From the NCBI GenBank assembly GCA_947459875.1, contig CANHFG010000003.1:162-64161 (forward strand): DNA of 64,000 nucleotides, read 5' to 3'. This stretch comes from Ignavibacteria bacterium (GTDB lineage Bacteria; Bacteroidota; Ignavibacteria; Kapaibacteriales; Kapaibacteriaceae). Shown here piece by piece: positions 37,725 through 46,751 of the stretch; within the stretch, counting starts at the first letter, position 1; each line of letters begins with the position of its first letter. The notes under the pieces are model-generated. The model was not told the origin of the DNA and ran no database searches. It saw only the letters and a program-made list of their open reading frames with translations. Made by a program: the position numbers and the translations under genes.

Positions 37725-38879
37725 TCATTCCGTCATGCTGTGATTGCCACCGAATCGGTAGCTAACACTGAGATTGAATAAGATGTCAGCGAAAGCGGCA
37801 TCACCGATCACCTCGACACCTCGGATTTGAGTACGGAGCTTGTCAATGTGGCTCTGCGTGCGATTACGGTAGGCGGCGATCGGCGTGCTGAGGAAAACGG
37901 AAAGTGCAGCCGTGGAGTAACCGATACCAGGTTCAACGCTTACAGCATAGCCGGGTCGGCGGAATCCGTCACTACCGCCGATCAGGTCGGAGGAAGGCAC
38001 ACCCTCAGCGCGAGCGCCAATGTATGCTGTCCATCCGTTGAACATTCCGTACATCACTCCCAGACGTACACCGAACTGATCGGCACTCGAGTACTCCGAG
38101 CTGTCAGCAGTGCCTGCCGGATTGGCAGTGCGCAGTCGAACACCATTCGTGTTGGTTAGATTCGACATGTAGAAGACGTTACTCATAAGAACAAAGTCGG
38201 TTGCCAGCGTATGAATGCCCTGAGCATCGAGGGTGAGTCCAAAGCCACCGTCGCCGAGCTGGATCGATTGATCAACGAAACCCGCCACAGTCTGATCTCT
38301 CTGCGGTCCCTGATTGAAGAAATCATCCACAACGTCATACTTGCCCGTGGGAAGCTTCACACCAAGGGCTACCGAGTAATTGGACTCCGAGGTTGATGGA
38401 TCAAAGAGCCAGTAGCCAACAGAGAGCCGCACGTCACCCAGACCTGCCGACGAGGTCATTCGCCTGTCGCCAGTCCATGTGCCGATAAGAGCTCCCGTGC
38501 TGTCGAACCGCGGGTTTCCCCCATGCTCATAGAGCGATGTGCGGTCGTTGTAGTTGAGTGGCACCACCGCATTGACGAAGATCCTGTCCGTCAATCCATA
38601 ACTCAATGCCAGATCGATCGAACCGGCGTTGTTGATGACCTCCGTCCCCTGCTCGACGCGGAACGATTCTTCATGATCACCGCGGAAGTGGCGGAAAGAG
38701 CGGAAAAACCGCGCACCCGTTACGACGTTGAACTCACCCTCTCTGAGATTGAAGGTGTTGCCCGTATTCGTTCCGCACATGGTGCCGCCACGTACAGCCA
38801 CGCAGCCCTGAGACCGCAGCTCTGCCGAAGCAAGGGCCAGAATTGAGACAATGCAGATGAAGACGTAGCGAGTTGCCAT
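37725..38879 (-). CDS. Outer-membrane beta-barrel protein (transporter/MetA-phenol-pathway-like family, tentative)
   Basis: ATG 38879 gives MATRYVFICIVSILALASAELRSQ (signal peptide). The sequence shows an alternating Gly/aromatic beta-strand pattern and ends ...LFNLSVSYRF GGNHSMTE. The last codons and the stop lie in GTCA-type repeat units. Confidence 0.6.
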   Translation of the reverse strand: MATRYVFICIVSILALASAELRSQGCVAVRGGTMCGTNTGNTFNLREGEFNVVTGARFFRSFRHFRGDHEESFRVEQGTEVINNAGSIDLALSYGLTDRIFVNAVVPLNYNDRTSLYEHGGNPRFDSTGALIGTWTGDRRMTSSAGLGDVRLSVGYWLFDPSTSESNYSVALGVKLPTGKYDVVDDFFNQGPQRDQTVAGFVDQSIQLGDGGFGLTLDAQGIHTLATDFVLMSNVFYMSNLTNTNGVRLRTANPAGTADSSEYSSADQFGVRLGVMYGMFNGWTAYIGARAEGVPSSDLIGGSDGFRRPGYAVSVEPGIGYSTAALSVFLSTPIAAYRNRTQSHIDKLRTQIRGVEVIGDAAFADILFNLSVSYRFGGNHSMTE

Positions 38880-38989
38880 GCAAGTACCCCGTCGAAACAG
38901 TAGTGATTGACGGGGCGCAACATAGAGGCATGCAGTGCCAGCCTGCAAGAGCAAGAAACCTATGTTGCTTAATTTTCGACGCGCAAATT

Positions 38990-39052
38990 CAGGTTTCAGG
39001 TTTCAGGTTTCAGGTTTCAGGTTTCAGGTTTCTACTCGTGCCGAAGCCGCCC
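38990..39052 (-). repeat. (AAACCTG)x6 heptamer array (sense = minus strand) preceded by the head GGGCGGCTTCGGCACGAGTAG
   Basis: The plus strand reads (CAGGTTT)x6 at 38990-39031, then CTACTCGTGCCGAAGCCGCCC up to the stop codon at 39053-39055. Confidence 0.95.
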
Positions 39053-40078
39053 TCAAAGCCCGATCACCCACTGAACAACGGGGATCGGAAGGGGCGACCA
39101 ATCAGAGTTGTTCTCAAGATTGAGAAGGTTCCCCTTGTAGCCAGCAAAGCCAAACTGCCAGTAGGAGCCAGAACCGTACTCCCAGCGAATGGCAGGGATG
39201 ATGAAGATGTTGGAGTAGGTCGTGTACGTGCGCGAGAAACTCTGAGATGGATTGTAGTAGTCGTAATAGTCCGCTCGCCTCCAGCGTCCATCTGGGAGTA
39301 TAACTGAGCCAGAGGATGAGATCATAAACGCGTCAAGGATCAGGCGAATGTTGCGGGCGAGCTTCATAGAAACTCCCAGAGCCAGATAAGCGCGGGGCGA
39401 GGTCACTTGGCTGGTTTCGGGACGCTCAGACATATCCGGTCTTGAATACGTCTCCACCGCTAGGGTGGTTATCCCAAAGCCACCCGTGAGGGAGAAGCTC
39501 GTCGATCCCGTCATCATCGACAGCGTCAGCGTCGGCGCTGCCAGGAAGTTTCGGTCTGCAAGGCTTCCGCCCCATCCCACAATGCCCCCTGCACCGAGCC
39601 AGAGATTTTCGCCGAGTGGCATGCGGTACATTGCCGTGGCAACAATGGGTGCGCTGAACCATGAGGCAAGCAGTCCAACACTGAATCGCTCGGTCGGAAA
39701 CGCCTCCAGTGCCATACCAGCAAGATTGAACTGCAACGTCGATGTTCCCTTTGGCATCGGCAGAGCGCTTGACGTGAGCACGTAGGTGGCCGTCTGCACT
39801 GCGCCGTCCGCACTTTGATCCGACGTTGGTTGGTCAGCGATGGTGGAGATCGTTCGGACGAGATGCTTTGGCAACACCAGACGAGTCTGATCCGTGAGTA
39901 CAACAGTCAGCTCACGGGCATTCATGCTGATGATGCGACCGCTAATGATCGAACCGTCATGACGCTCAACATCAAAAATCCTGACGGTGTCCGTCCACTC
40001 AATCTGCTGGGCGATGCTCGGCATGAACGCGCCCATGAGGAAGATCACAATAAGGAGTCCGGTACGCATGCTGGTCAC
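39053..40078 (-). CDS. Hypothetical secreted/outer-membrane protein, paralog of 40075..40974
   Basis: GTG 40078 overlaps the upstream stop as GTGA; the alternative start ATG 40069 gives MRTGLLIVIFLMGAFMPSIAQQ (signal peptide). The N-terminal ~60-aa module ends in ..VLPKHLVRTIS. The rest is rich in Gly and aromatics and looks barrel-like. Confidence 0.65.
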   Translation of the reverse strand: MTSMRTGLLIVIFLMGAFMPSIAQQIEWTDTVRIFDVERHDGSIISGRIISMNARELTVVLTDQTRLVLPKHLVRTISTIADQPTSDQSADGAVQTATYVLTSSALPMPKGTSTLQFNLAGMALEAFPTERFSVGLLASWFSAPIVATAMYRMPLGENLWLGAGGIVGWGGSLADRNFLAAPTLTLSMMTGSTSFSLTGGFGITTLAVETYSRPDMSERPETSQVTSPRAYLALGVSMKLARNIRLILDAFMISSSGSVILPDGRWRRADYYDYYNPSQSFSRTYTTYSNIFIIPAIRWEYGSGSYWQFGFAGYKGNLLNLENNSDWSPLPIPVVQWVIGL

Positions 40079-40974
40079 ATTCTCACAAAGTAGCCGACGG
40101 TTGGAATGGGCACCATCATGATCTCCCCGTCAGCATAGGCAAAAGGGAATGCCACCTGAAAGGCCGAATTCGCGCCGGTTGCAACACGCAACCCCGGCAT
40201 TCCAAAGACCAGCATGCTGGTGGTAGATCCGGCCGACAGAATGATCGAATCGAACATCAATGAGACCTTCGACCATGCATGGGTCTGCCCCGCAACGGAG
40301 AACAGTGCCCGTCCGCCATCATCCCCGTCATAGGCAACGTACCCATAGCCAGTCGAAACAGTGATATTGGAAGCACGACTGCCGTAGGTAAGAGAGCCAT
40401 ATGGGAGGGCGAAGAAGATCGTCTCCGGAATCCAGCCACTCCAACCGATAAGCGCACCGGCTGCTGCATTCACCCGATCTGCAATGCGCGCTGTGGCCTT
40501 GATGGACCCGAGGATCGGTGAACCAATGTAGGTCGTAAGGATACCAACCGAAAGGTTCTCGGCTGGCGCAAACTGAAAGTCGGGACCAAAGGTCGTGAAG
40601 AGGATGTATGCCCCATCATCCCCGATCGGGAAGCCATTAGTCGTGATGAAGTAGCGCGACGAAAAGGGCAACGCGCCGGTTGACAACTCTCGCTGTGCAG
40701 CCCGTCCGATTCCTGCACGCGTAATCGACCGCACGAGTCCACGAGGGACAATAACCGAGCCAACAGAGGTTGAATCGAGAAGCACTTCTCGTTCATCGGA
40801 CGACAGCAGCACCCCCACATACTGTCCCCCGTCGACCTTCTCAACCGTCACCCACGAACCCGGTCGCAGTGACTCCTGCGCCGATGCGCTCTGTATGAGC
40901 ATCGAGACGGCGAGACACAGCATCAGGATAGTCCCGATGGATGTCCGGCATAACGGTGATGGTGCAGACTTCAT
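40075..40974 (-). CDS. Hypothetical secreted/outer-membrane protein, paralog of 39053..40078
   Basis: The signal-like segment is ..IGTILMLCLAVSMLIQSASAQ. The N-terminal module WVTVEKVDGGQYVGVLLSSDEREVLLDS..VIVPRGLVRSIT parallels the neighbouring gene. Confidence 0.65.
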   Translation of the reverse strand: MKSAPSPLCRTSIGTILMLCLAVSMLIQSASAQESLRPGSWVTVEKVDGGQYVGVLLSSDEREVLLDSTSVGSVIVPRGLVRSITRAGIGRAAQRELSTGALPFSSRYFITTNGFPIGDDGAYILFTTFGPDFQFAPAENLSVGILTTYIGSPILGSIKATARIADRVNAAAGALIGWSGWIPETIFFALPYGSLTYGSRASNITVSTGYGYVAYDGDDGGRALFSVAGQTHAWSKVSLMFDSIILSAGSTTSMLVFGMPGLRVATGANSAFQVAFPFAYADGEIMMVPIPTVGYFVRM

Positions 40975-40994
40975 CGTATCACAAACTAACGAAA

Positions 40995-41015
40995 ATGGCT
41001 CCCTGTGGGAGCCAT
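40995..41015 (-). terminator. Hairpin downstream of ald (ATGGCTCCC-tgt-GGGAGCCAT)
   Basis: The stem is 9 bp and perfect. On the minus strand it is followed by TTTCGTTAGTTTG. Confidence 0.5.
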
Positions 41016-41046
41016 CATCGTAGTTTCTTCGTAGTGAACAGGGGGC

Positions 41047-42159
41047 TTACCAGCACTGATCCATTGGCGTGTATTCCATGCCAAATGCTTCGGCGACGGC
41101 TTCGTAGACGATCTTTCCGTCCACGACATTGATACCGAGTTCAAGTTCCTTGCTGGCCTTGCAGGCATCCTTCCAGCCGTGATTGGCAAGCTGGATGGCG
41201 TATGGAAGTGTAGCGTTGGTAAGGGCGATGGTTGAGGTATATGGCACGGCGCCAGGCATGTTTGCCACGCCGTAGTGCACAACGCCGTCGACCACATACG
41301 TTGGGTTTTCGTGTGTCGTTGGCTTGCAGGTTTCCACGCAGCCGCCTTGATCGACCGATACGTCAACGATCACCGAACCTGGCTTCATGGTCGAAAGCAT
41401 GTCGCGTGTGATCAGATGCGGAGCCTTTGCACCAACGATCAGCACACCACCGACGACGAGGTCTGCCGTCTTGACCGCTTCGCGGATGTTGGCGTTGGTA
41501 GACATTTGGGTGACGACATTGGCCGGCATCACGTCGTTGAGATAGCGCAGACGATAGAGGTTGTTGTCGAACAGCGTGACGCTGGCACCCAGACCGGCAG
41601 CCATCTTCGCCGCGTTCGTACCGACGACGCCACCACCGAGCACGACGACTTCTGCTGGACGTGTACCCGGGACGCCACCGAGCAGAATACCGCGACCGCC
41701 CATCGGATGTTCAAGGTACTTGGCACCTTCCTGCGTGGCCATGCGACCGGCAACTTCAGACATTGGGATCAGCAGTGGTAGCGATCCATCGGCCTTTTGC
41801 ACGGTCTCGTAGGCGATACACGTCGCACCGGCATTGACCATTGCCTCGGTGAGCTCACGTGAAGCGGCAAAGTGGAAATACGTGAAGAGCGTTTGACCCT
41901 TGCGGATAAGGCTGTACTCGGGAGCGATCGGCTCCTTGACCTTCATGATCATGTCGGCCTTGGCGTACACCTCGGCAGCCGTGTCGATGATCGTTGCTCC
42001 TGCAGCGATGTAGGCATCGTTGGAGAAACCGCTGCCGACGCCGGCGTTGGTTTCAACGATGACCTGATGACCATTCGCACGCAGTGCATCAACACCGCCC
42101 GGTGTTAACGCCACGCGCTTTTCGTTTGTCTTGATCTCCTTTGGTACGCCGATCAGCAT
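41047..42159 (-). CDS. ald: Alanine dehydrogenase
   Basis: MLIGVPKEIKTNEKRVALTPGGV... at the start and VVVLGGGVVGTNAAKMA (Rossmann fold) fit alanine dehydrogenase. The length of 370 aa is typical. Confidence 0.9.
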   Translation of the reverse strand: MLIGVPKEIKTNEKRVALTPGGVDALRANGHQVIVETNAGVGSGFSNDAYIAAGATIIDTAAEVYAKADMIMKVKEPIAPEYSLIRKGQTLFTYFHFAASRELTEAMVNAGATCIAYETVQKADGSLPLLIPMSEVAGRMATQEGAKYLEHPMGGRGILLGGVPGTRPAEVVVLGGGVVGTNAAKMAAGLGASVTLFDNNLYRLRYLNDVMPANVVTQMSTNANIREAVKTADLVVGGVLIVGAKAPHLITRDMLSTMKPGSVIVDVSVDQGGCVETCKPTTHENPTYVVDGVVHYGVANMPGAVPYTSTIALTNATLPYAIQLANHGWKDACKASKELELGINVVDGKIVYEAVAEAFGMEYTPMDQCW

Positions 42160-42231
42160 AACCGTCCTCGCTTATGGGTTGTTTGGGGGAAGAATTCGCA
42201 ATTCAGGACTGCAAAACTGCGAAATCGGCGC

Positions 42232-43251
42232 TCAATTGCCGAACAAAAGCCCCGCAAGAACCATCACGAGCAGAAGCGTCAGAAACAGCGATACACTTCG
42301 TCGGGGCATCTTCCGGTGCCAGAACGGCAGCGTTACCAGCAGCCCGCCGAGTAGACCAGCAACGTATCCCGCCAGCTCGCTACCGAGCCATAGTGACCAG
42401 GAGCGGAAGGGGGCGATCCCCCACCATGGTGTGACGTGTTCCCAGCCGGCAAGCCCCCTGACGGCATCGCGAAGCCCCCAGTCACGGACAGAGACAAAGG
42501 AAACACCCAATGCGATGAGAAGGCCCATGGAGAGCAATGGCGGACGGGAAGCCTCACGGAGGATCTGACGAACGTCCGGCGTGATCATCAGCAGGCCAAG
42601 CACGCCGAGTAGAAAGCCATGCACGGAGTAGGTGCGCGCCAGAAGGAGTGCGCCGGGCTCTATGCCGAGCACGGATGTGATGATGCCCCCAAGTGGCGCA
42701 TTGCTGAGTTCATGTCCCATCACGCGACGGGATATCTCCGCGTACACGTCATCGACAAGGATGCGGCCGCTCCAGCCCCCAGCCACGGCCAGCAGCGTCA
42801 GCGACAGAAATCGCAGCCACGAACGACGGTCTGTCTCGAACGTGCGAAGCGCACCCAGCACCAAAAGCAGCACGGCCAATAATCCGAGCAGAAGGTCTGA
42901 CATCCAGTAGTGAATACGTCGGACGGTGGTCCCGTGCGGGGCGTTGTGGATCGACACACGGATCGAACTCTGAGCGGCACTCAGTACCGGCTCGCCCCCT
43001 AATGCCGGGGCCAGCTGTGGACTTTCCTTAGATGCAAAGACGGTGTCGGTGTATGGCCCACTGCGCAGCAGGCGCGTTGATGTTACGAGGGTCTGCAGCG
43101 TTCCGTCGGAGGAACGAACTGGTTCGGAGGACGGGACGTACCACATCGAAAGGAGCATGCCGGTAAGCACGACAATGGCGAGCACGACGGCGCTGAGTCC
43201 GATCAGGGCCGGACGAGCCTTCTCCATCGATGATCGCATTACGTCCGTCAT
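42232..43251 (-). CDS. Cytochrome-b-like polytopic membrane protein (divergent; incomplete heme-ligand histidine set)
   Basis: LTGMLLSMWYVPS and VRRIHYWMSDLLLGLL resemble cytochrome b helices A and B. The gene is coupled to the upstream Rieske gene by an ATGA overlap (43248-43251). Confidence 0.55.
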   Translation of the reverse strand: MTDVMRSSMEKARPALIGLSAVVLAIVVLTGMLLSMWYVPSSEPVRSSDGTLQTLVTSTRLLRSGPYTDTVFASKESPQLAPALGGEPVLSAAQSSIRVSIHNAPHGTTVRRIHYWMSDLLLGLLAVLLLVLGALRTFETDRRSWLRFLSLTLLAVAGGWSGRILVDDVYAEISRRVMGHELSNAPLGGIITSVLGIEPGALLLARTYSVHGFLLGVLGLLMITPDVRQILREASRPPLLSMGLLIALGVSFVSVRDWGLRDAVRGLAGWEHVTPWWGIAPFRSWSLWLGSELAGYVAGLLGGLLVTLPFWHRKMPRRSVSLFLTLLLVMVLAGLLFGN

Positions 43252-43694
43252 ACTTCGGTACTTCTGGTTGTGCGGATGTATAGCCGACCTCTATCTGTGC
43301 GGCATTCCAGCGTTGCAAGGGGCGTGCGGGGCGGTCCGGCAACGGGCTCCCCGGTGATGGCGAACGCCCCGCCATGACACGCACATCGTATGCGCTGCGC
43401 TTTGGCATCGAAGGCCAGCGGGCAGCCTGCGTGCGTGCACGTAAGGTCCAGAGCTGTCACCACATCCGCACTGCGGCTCAGCAGCACCATCTGTCCGCCG
43501 ACGTTCACGACGCGCCGAGCGCCATCGGAGATCACCTCATCCACGGGCCCCAGATCCACCGTTCGGATGTCCTGGGCATGCTGCGGCTGCAAATACTCCG
43601 ACGTGGCCAGAGTAAGCGATGTCAGGCCCGCAGCAGCAGCAATTGCCCGAAGCCATGACCGTCGGTCCATTCTGGCTAATTTTGTGCTTTCCAT
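43248..43694 (-). CDS. Rieske [2Fe-2S] protein with a Tat-type signal
   Basis: MESTKLARMDRRSWLRAIAAAAGL carries a twin-arginine motif. CTHAGCP...CACHGG are Rieske boxes I and II. The start is ATG 43694 (or 43670); the track extension overlaps the divergent DegT gene. Confidence 0.8.
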   Translation of the reverse strand: MESTKLARMDRRSWLRAIAAAAGLTSLTLATSEYLQPQHAQDIRTVDLGPVDEVISDGARRVVNVGGQMVLLSRSADVVTALDLTCTHAGCPLAFDAKAQRIRCACHGGAFAITGEPVAGPPRTPLATLECRTDRGRLYIRTTRSTEV

Positions 43695-43716
43695 TTCCGA
43701 CGCGAAAGTGAACTGA

Positions 43717-44934
43717 ATGCCCGTACCACTGCTGGACCTCAAAATACAGTACCGCGCGCTCAAGCCCGAGATCGACGCTGCGCTTATCCGCGTTGCCGAG
43801 TCACAGGCCTGCATTCTTGGTCCGGAGGTCGACGCTCTCGAACGTGAGCTCGAAGCCTACCTCGGCGTGAAACATGCCATCGGCGTCTCCAGCGGCACGG
43901 ATGCGCTGCTCATGGCCCTGATGGCCCTGGGAGTGGGACCCGGCGACGAGGTCATCGTGCCGACGTTCTCCTTCTTCGCTACTGCGGGTTGCGTGTCTCG
44001 TCTGAACGCCACACCCGTCTTTGTCGATGTTGACAATGTCACGTTCAACCTCGATCCCGAATTGACGCGTAAGGCCATTACCAGCCGCACAAAGGCCATC
44101 ATCCCCGTGCACCTGTTCGGTCAGGCAGCTGACATGGATGCCTTCATGGCCATCAGCCGTGAATTCAACATCCCGATCATCGAAGACGCCGCGCAGGCTA
44201 TCGGCACGCAGACGTCTGATGGACGCCGCGTTGGCAGCATCGGCCATATCGGGTGCTTTTCATTTTACCCAACGAAAAACCTCGGCGCCTTTGGTGACGG
44301 TGGACTGGTGACGACGAATGACGAAGAGATGGCCGTACGCCTGAAGCAGATCCGCAATCATGGCATGGAGCCCCGTTACTACCATAAGATCATGGGCGGG
44401 AACTTCCGTCTTGATGCAATGCAGGGGGCTGTCCTGCGCGTCAAGCTGCCACACCTTCCCTCGTGGCATGCCGGACGTCGTCGTAACGCCGAGCTCTACA
44501 CGCGGCTGTTCATGGAGGCCGGTCTAAGCTCTGCTCCGGGCATGACATCATTTGGACCGAATGATGCCATCCTTCTGCCCAAGGCCATCAGTGAAGGGTC
44601 GGCACCGGACCATCACATCTTCAATCAGTTTACGATCCGCTCTTCGCATCGCAACGCCCTTCGTTCGTTCCTTGCTGAGCGTGGCATCGGCAGTGAGATC
44701 TACTATCCGGTACCATTCCATCGTCAGGAGTGCTTTGCCGGGTTGAACTGTGATGACAATGCTTTCCCGATCTCGAACTGTCTGGCGGCGACGGTTCTAT
44801 CGCTTCCGATCTATCCTGAACTCGAAGAGCACCATATCCAAGAGGTCGTTGCGGCGATTGCCGAATTCGAGCGATCACATCTCGAGAGCACGTCGGAGTG
44901 CCCCGACTGTGCAGAATGCGGAACCCACGTCTAA
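43717..44934 (+). CDS. DegT/DnrJ/EryC1/StrS family sugar aminotransferase
   Basis: MPVPLLDLKIQYRALKPEID...GVSSGTDALLMAL..GDEVIVPTFSFFATAG...FSFYPTKNLGAFGDGG is the classic family pattern. Confidence 0.88.
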   Translation: MPVPLLDLKIQYRALKPEIDAALIRVAESQACILGPEVDALERELEAYLGVKHAIGVSSGTDALLMALMALGVGPGDEVIVPTFSFFATAGCVSRLNATPVFVDVDNVTFNLDPELTRKAITSRTKAIIPVHLFGQAADMDAFMAISREFNIPIIEDAAQAIGTQTSDGRRVGSIGHIGCFSFYPTKNLGAFGDGGLVTTNDEEMAVRLKQIRNHGMEPRYYHKIMGGNFRLDAMQGAVLRVKLPHLPSWHAGRRRNAELYTRLFMEAGLSSAPGMTSFGPNDAILLPKAISEGSAPDHHIFNQFTIRSSHRNALRSFLAERGIGSEIYYPVPFHRQECFAGLNCDDNAFPISNCLAATVLSLPIYPELEEHHIQEVVAAIAEFERSHLESTSECPDCAECGTHV

Positions 44935-44955
44935 CGACCACATCGGAGGCAGACA

Positions 44956-45399
44956 ATGAATCAGCAGCAGTTTCAGCAGGGATTCCGTGTACAGTTCGGA
45001 CGCACAAAGGACAGCATCGTTGCACAGGTAGTGCTTGGTCTGGCCGTTGCACTGTTTGGCATTGCCATGCTGCTGGACCGCTTGGGCATGCCCGAGATGT
45101 ATAGCATTGTCCAGATGTGGTGGCCAACGGGCGTGATCGTCTACTCTTCAGTGCGCCTGTTGACGGGTGCGGGCTCGATGTTCTGGTCAGGACTCATGAT
45201 CATCATCATGACGGTGATACAGCTCAAAAAGCTCGGTGTGGTGGATCAGTTCTGGGGTGTCTTCTGGCCTCTTATCCTCATCATCATCGGCATCTGGATC
45301 ATGATCTCCCGGCTGCGCTCGCGGCAGCAAGGTCAGCCCCCTTCCGACATTCCCGGCGCGAGTTATCGCGTTGAGGACGAATCCTCATCGCAGCGCTGA
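44956..45399 (+). CDS. Hypothetical 4-TM membrane protein (LiaF-TM/DUF5668-like)
   Basis: There are four hydrophobic segments, for example VVLGLAVALFGIAMLL and FWPLILIIIGIWIMI. I recognised no catalytic motif. Confidence 0.55.
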   Translation: MNQQQFQQGFRVQFGRTKDSIVAQVVLGLAVALFGIAMLLDRLGMPEMYSIVQMWWPTGVIVYSSVRLLTGAGSMFWSGLMIIIMTVIQLKKLGVVDQFWGVFWPLILIIIGIWIMISRLRSRQQGQPPSDIPGASYRVEDESSSQR

Positions 45400-46751
45400 T
45401 GACCGTACGCCCGGACCGCATCCGTGTTCTGACTCCTACACGTCCCGAGCCCGTGGGTTCCGGGCCAGTGGTGTACTGGATCAATCGTGACCGACGTCGC
45501 GACGACAACTGGGCACTGCTGTATGCGCAGCAGGTTGCTCTTGAACGTAAGGTTCCGCTCATCGCCGTTTTCTGTCTGGTTCCAACCTTCCTGGATGCCA
45601 CGCTCCGTCAATACGACTTCATGATCAAGGGGCTCGAAGAACTCCAGCGCGATCTGTCAGAAGTGAACATCGGTTTCCGTGTTCTGCTTGGCAGTCCGAA
45701 GGATGCCTTGCTTGCCTTTCTCGATTCGACGTCACCGTCATTGCTTGTGACGGACTTCGAGCCGCTGCGAATCAAGAAGCAATGGATCGACGAGGTCATC
45801 GCCGGCTCCAGCGTGCCCTTTCATCAGGTCGATGCCCACAACATCGTTCCCTGCTGGGTGGCCTCTCCAAAGCTCGAGTTCGCCGCCTATACCATCCGGC
45901 CGAAGATCACCAAGCTCCTGCCAACATATCTCGAAGAGTTTCCTTCGGTGGAGCGCCATCCGTTTGACGGACCACAAAGCCCCCTGACAGACTGGTCTGC
46001 CGTGCGTGCTTCACTGCGCGTCGACACGTCCGTTGGCCCGGTCTCGTGGCTTACTCCAGGAGCTGCCGCCGGGCGTGCCCGTCTCGATGCGTTTGTTGCC
46101 AAGATCGAACAGTACGCTGATCGAAATGACCCAACCAAACCCGGACAGAGCGGTCTGTCGCCGTACTTCCACTTCGGCCAGATTGCTCCGCAGCGTGCCG
46201 CCCTTGCTACGCCGCAAGCAGGCGAACACTCCGAAAGCTTCCTCGAAGAGCTCATCATTCGTCGGGAGCTGAGTGACAACTTCACACACTATAACGATCG
46301 GTATGATTCGTTCGATGGCTATGCCGCCTGGGCACAGCAGACCCTGAATGATCACCGCAATGATCCTCGCGACTACTTGTATACCGCTGAACAATGGGAA
46401 GGGGCTCGCACTCACGATGAGCTCTGGAATGCCGCCCAGCGTGAGCTCGTCACAACCGGCAAGCTCCACGGATTTATGCGGATGTACTGGGCAAAGAAGA
46501 TCCTGGAGTGGAGTTCATCGCCCGATGAATCGCTGGCGATCGGCATCTATCTCAACGACAAGTATGCACTCGATGGACGCGATCCGAATGGGTATGTGGG
46601 AGTGGCCTGGAGCGTAGGGGGCGTGCACGACCGTGCCTGGTTTGAACGACCCGTCTATGGCAAGATCCGCTACATGAATGCCAACGGGTGTGCCCGGAAG
46701 TTTGACGTGAAATCCTACATTCGACGCTATGCGCAAAACACGCTTTTATAA
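45399..46751 (+). CDS. phr: Deoxyribodipyrimidine photolyase, class II type
   Basis: VVYWINRDRRRDDNWALLYAQ resembles the class II N-terminal motif. The C-terminal region ..GKLHGFMRMYWAKKILEW.. is FAD-binding-like. The ATG overlaps the preceding TGA by 1 nt. Confidence 0.8.
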   Translation: MTVRPDRIRVLTPTRPEPVGSGPVVYWINRDRRRDDNWALLYAQQVALERKVPLIAVFCLVPTFLDATLRQYDFMIKGLEELQRDLSEVNIGFRVLLGSPKDALLAFLDSTSPSLLVTDFEPLRIKKQWIDEVIAGSSVPFHQVDAHNIVPCWVASPKLEFAAYTIRPKITKLLPTYLEEFPSVERHPFDGPQSPLTDWSAVRASLRVDTSVGPVSWLTPGAAAGRARLDAFVAKIEQYADRNDPTKPGQSGLSPYFHFGQIAPQRAALATPQAGEHSESFLEELIIRRELSDNFTHYNDRYDSFDGYAAWAQQTLNDHRNDPRDYLYTAEQWEGARTHDELWNAAQRELVTTGKLHGFMRMYWAKKILEWSSSPDESLAIGIYLNDKYALDGRDPNGYVGVAWSVGGVHDRAWFERPVYGKIRYMNANGCARKFDVKSYIRRYAQNTLL

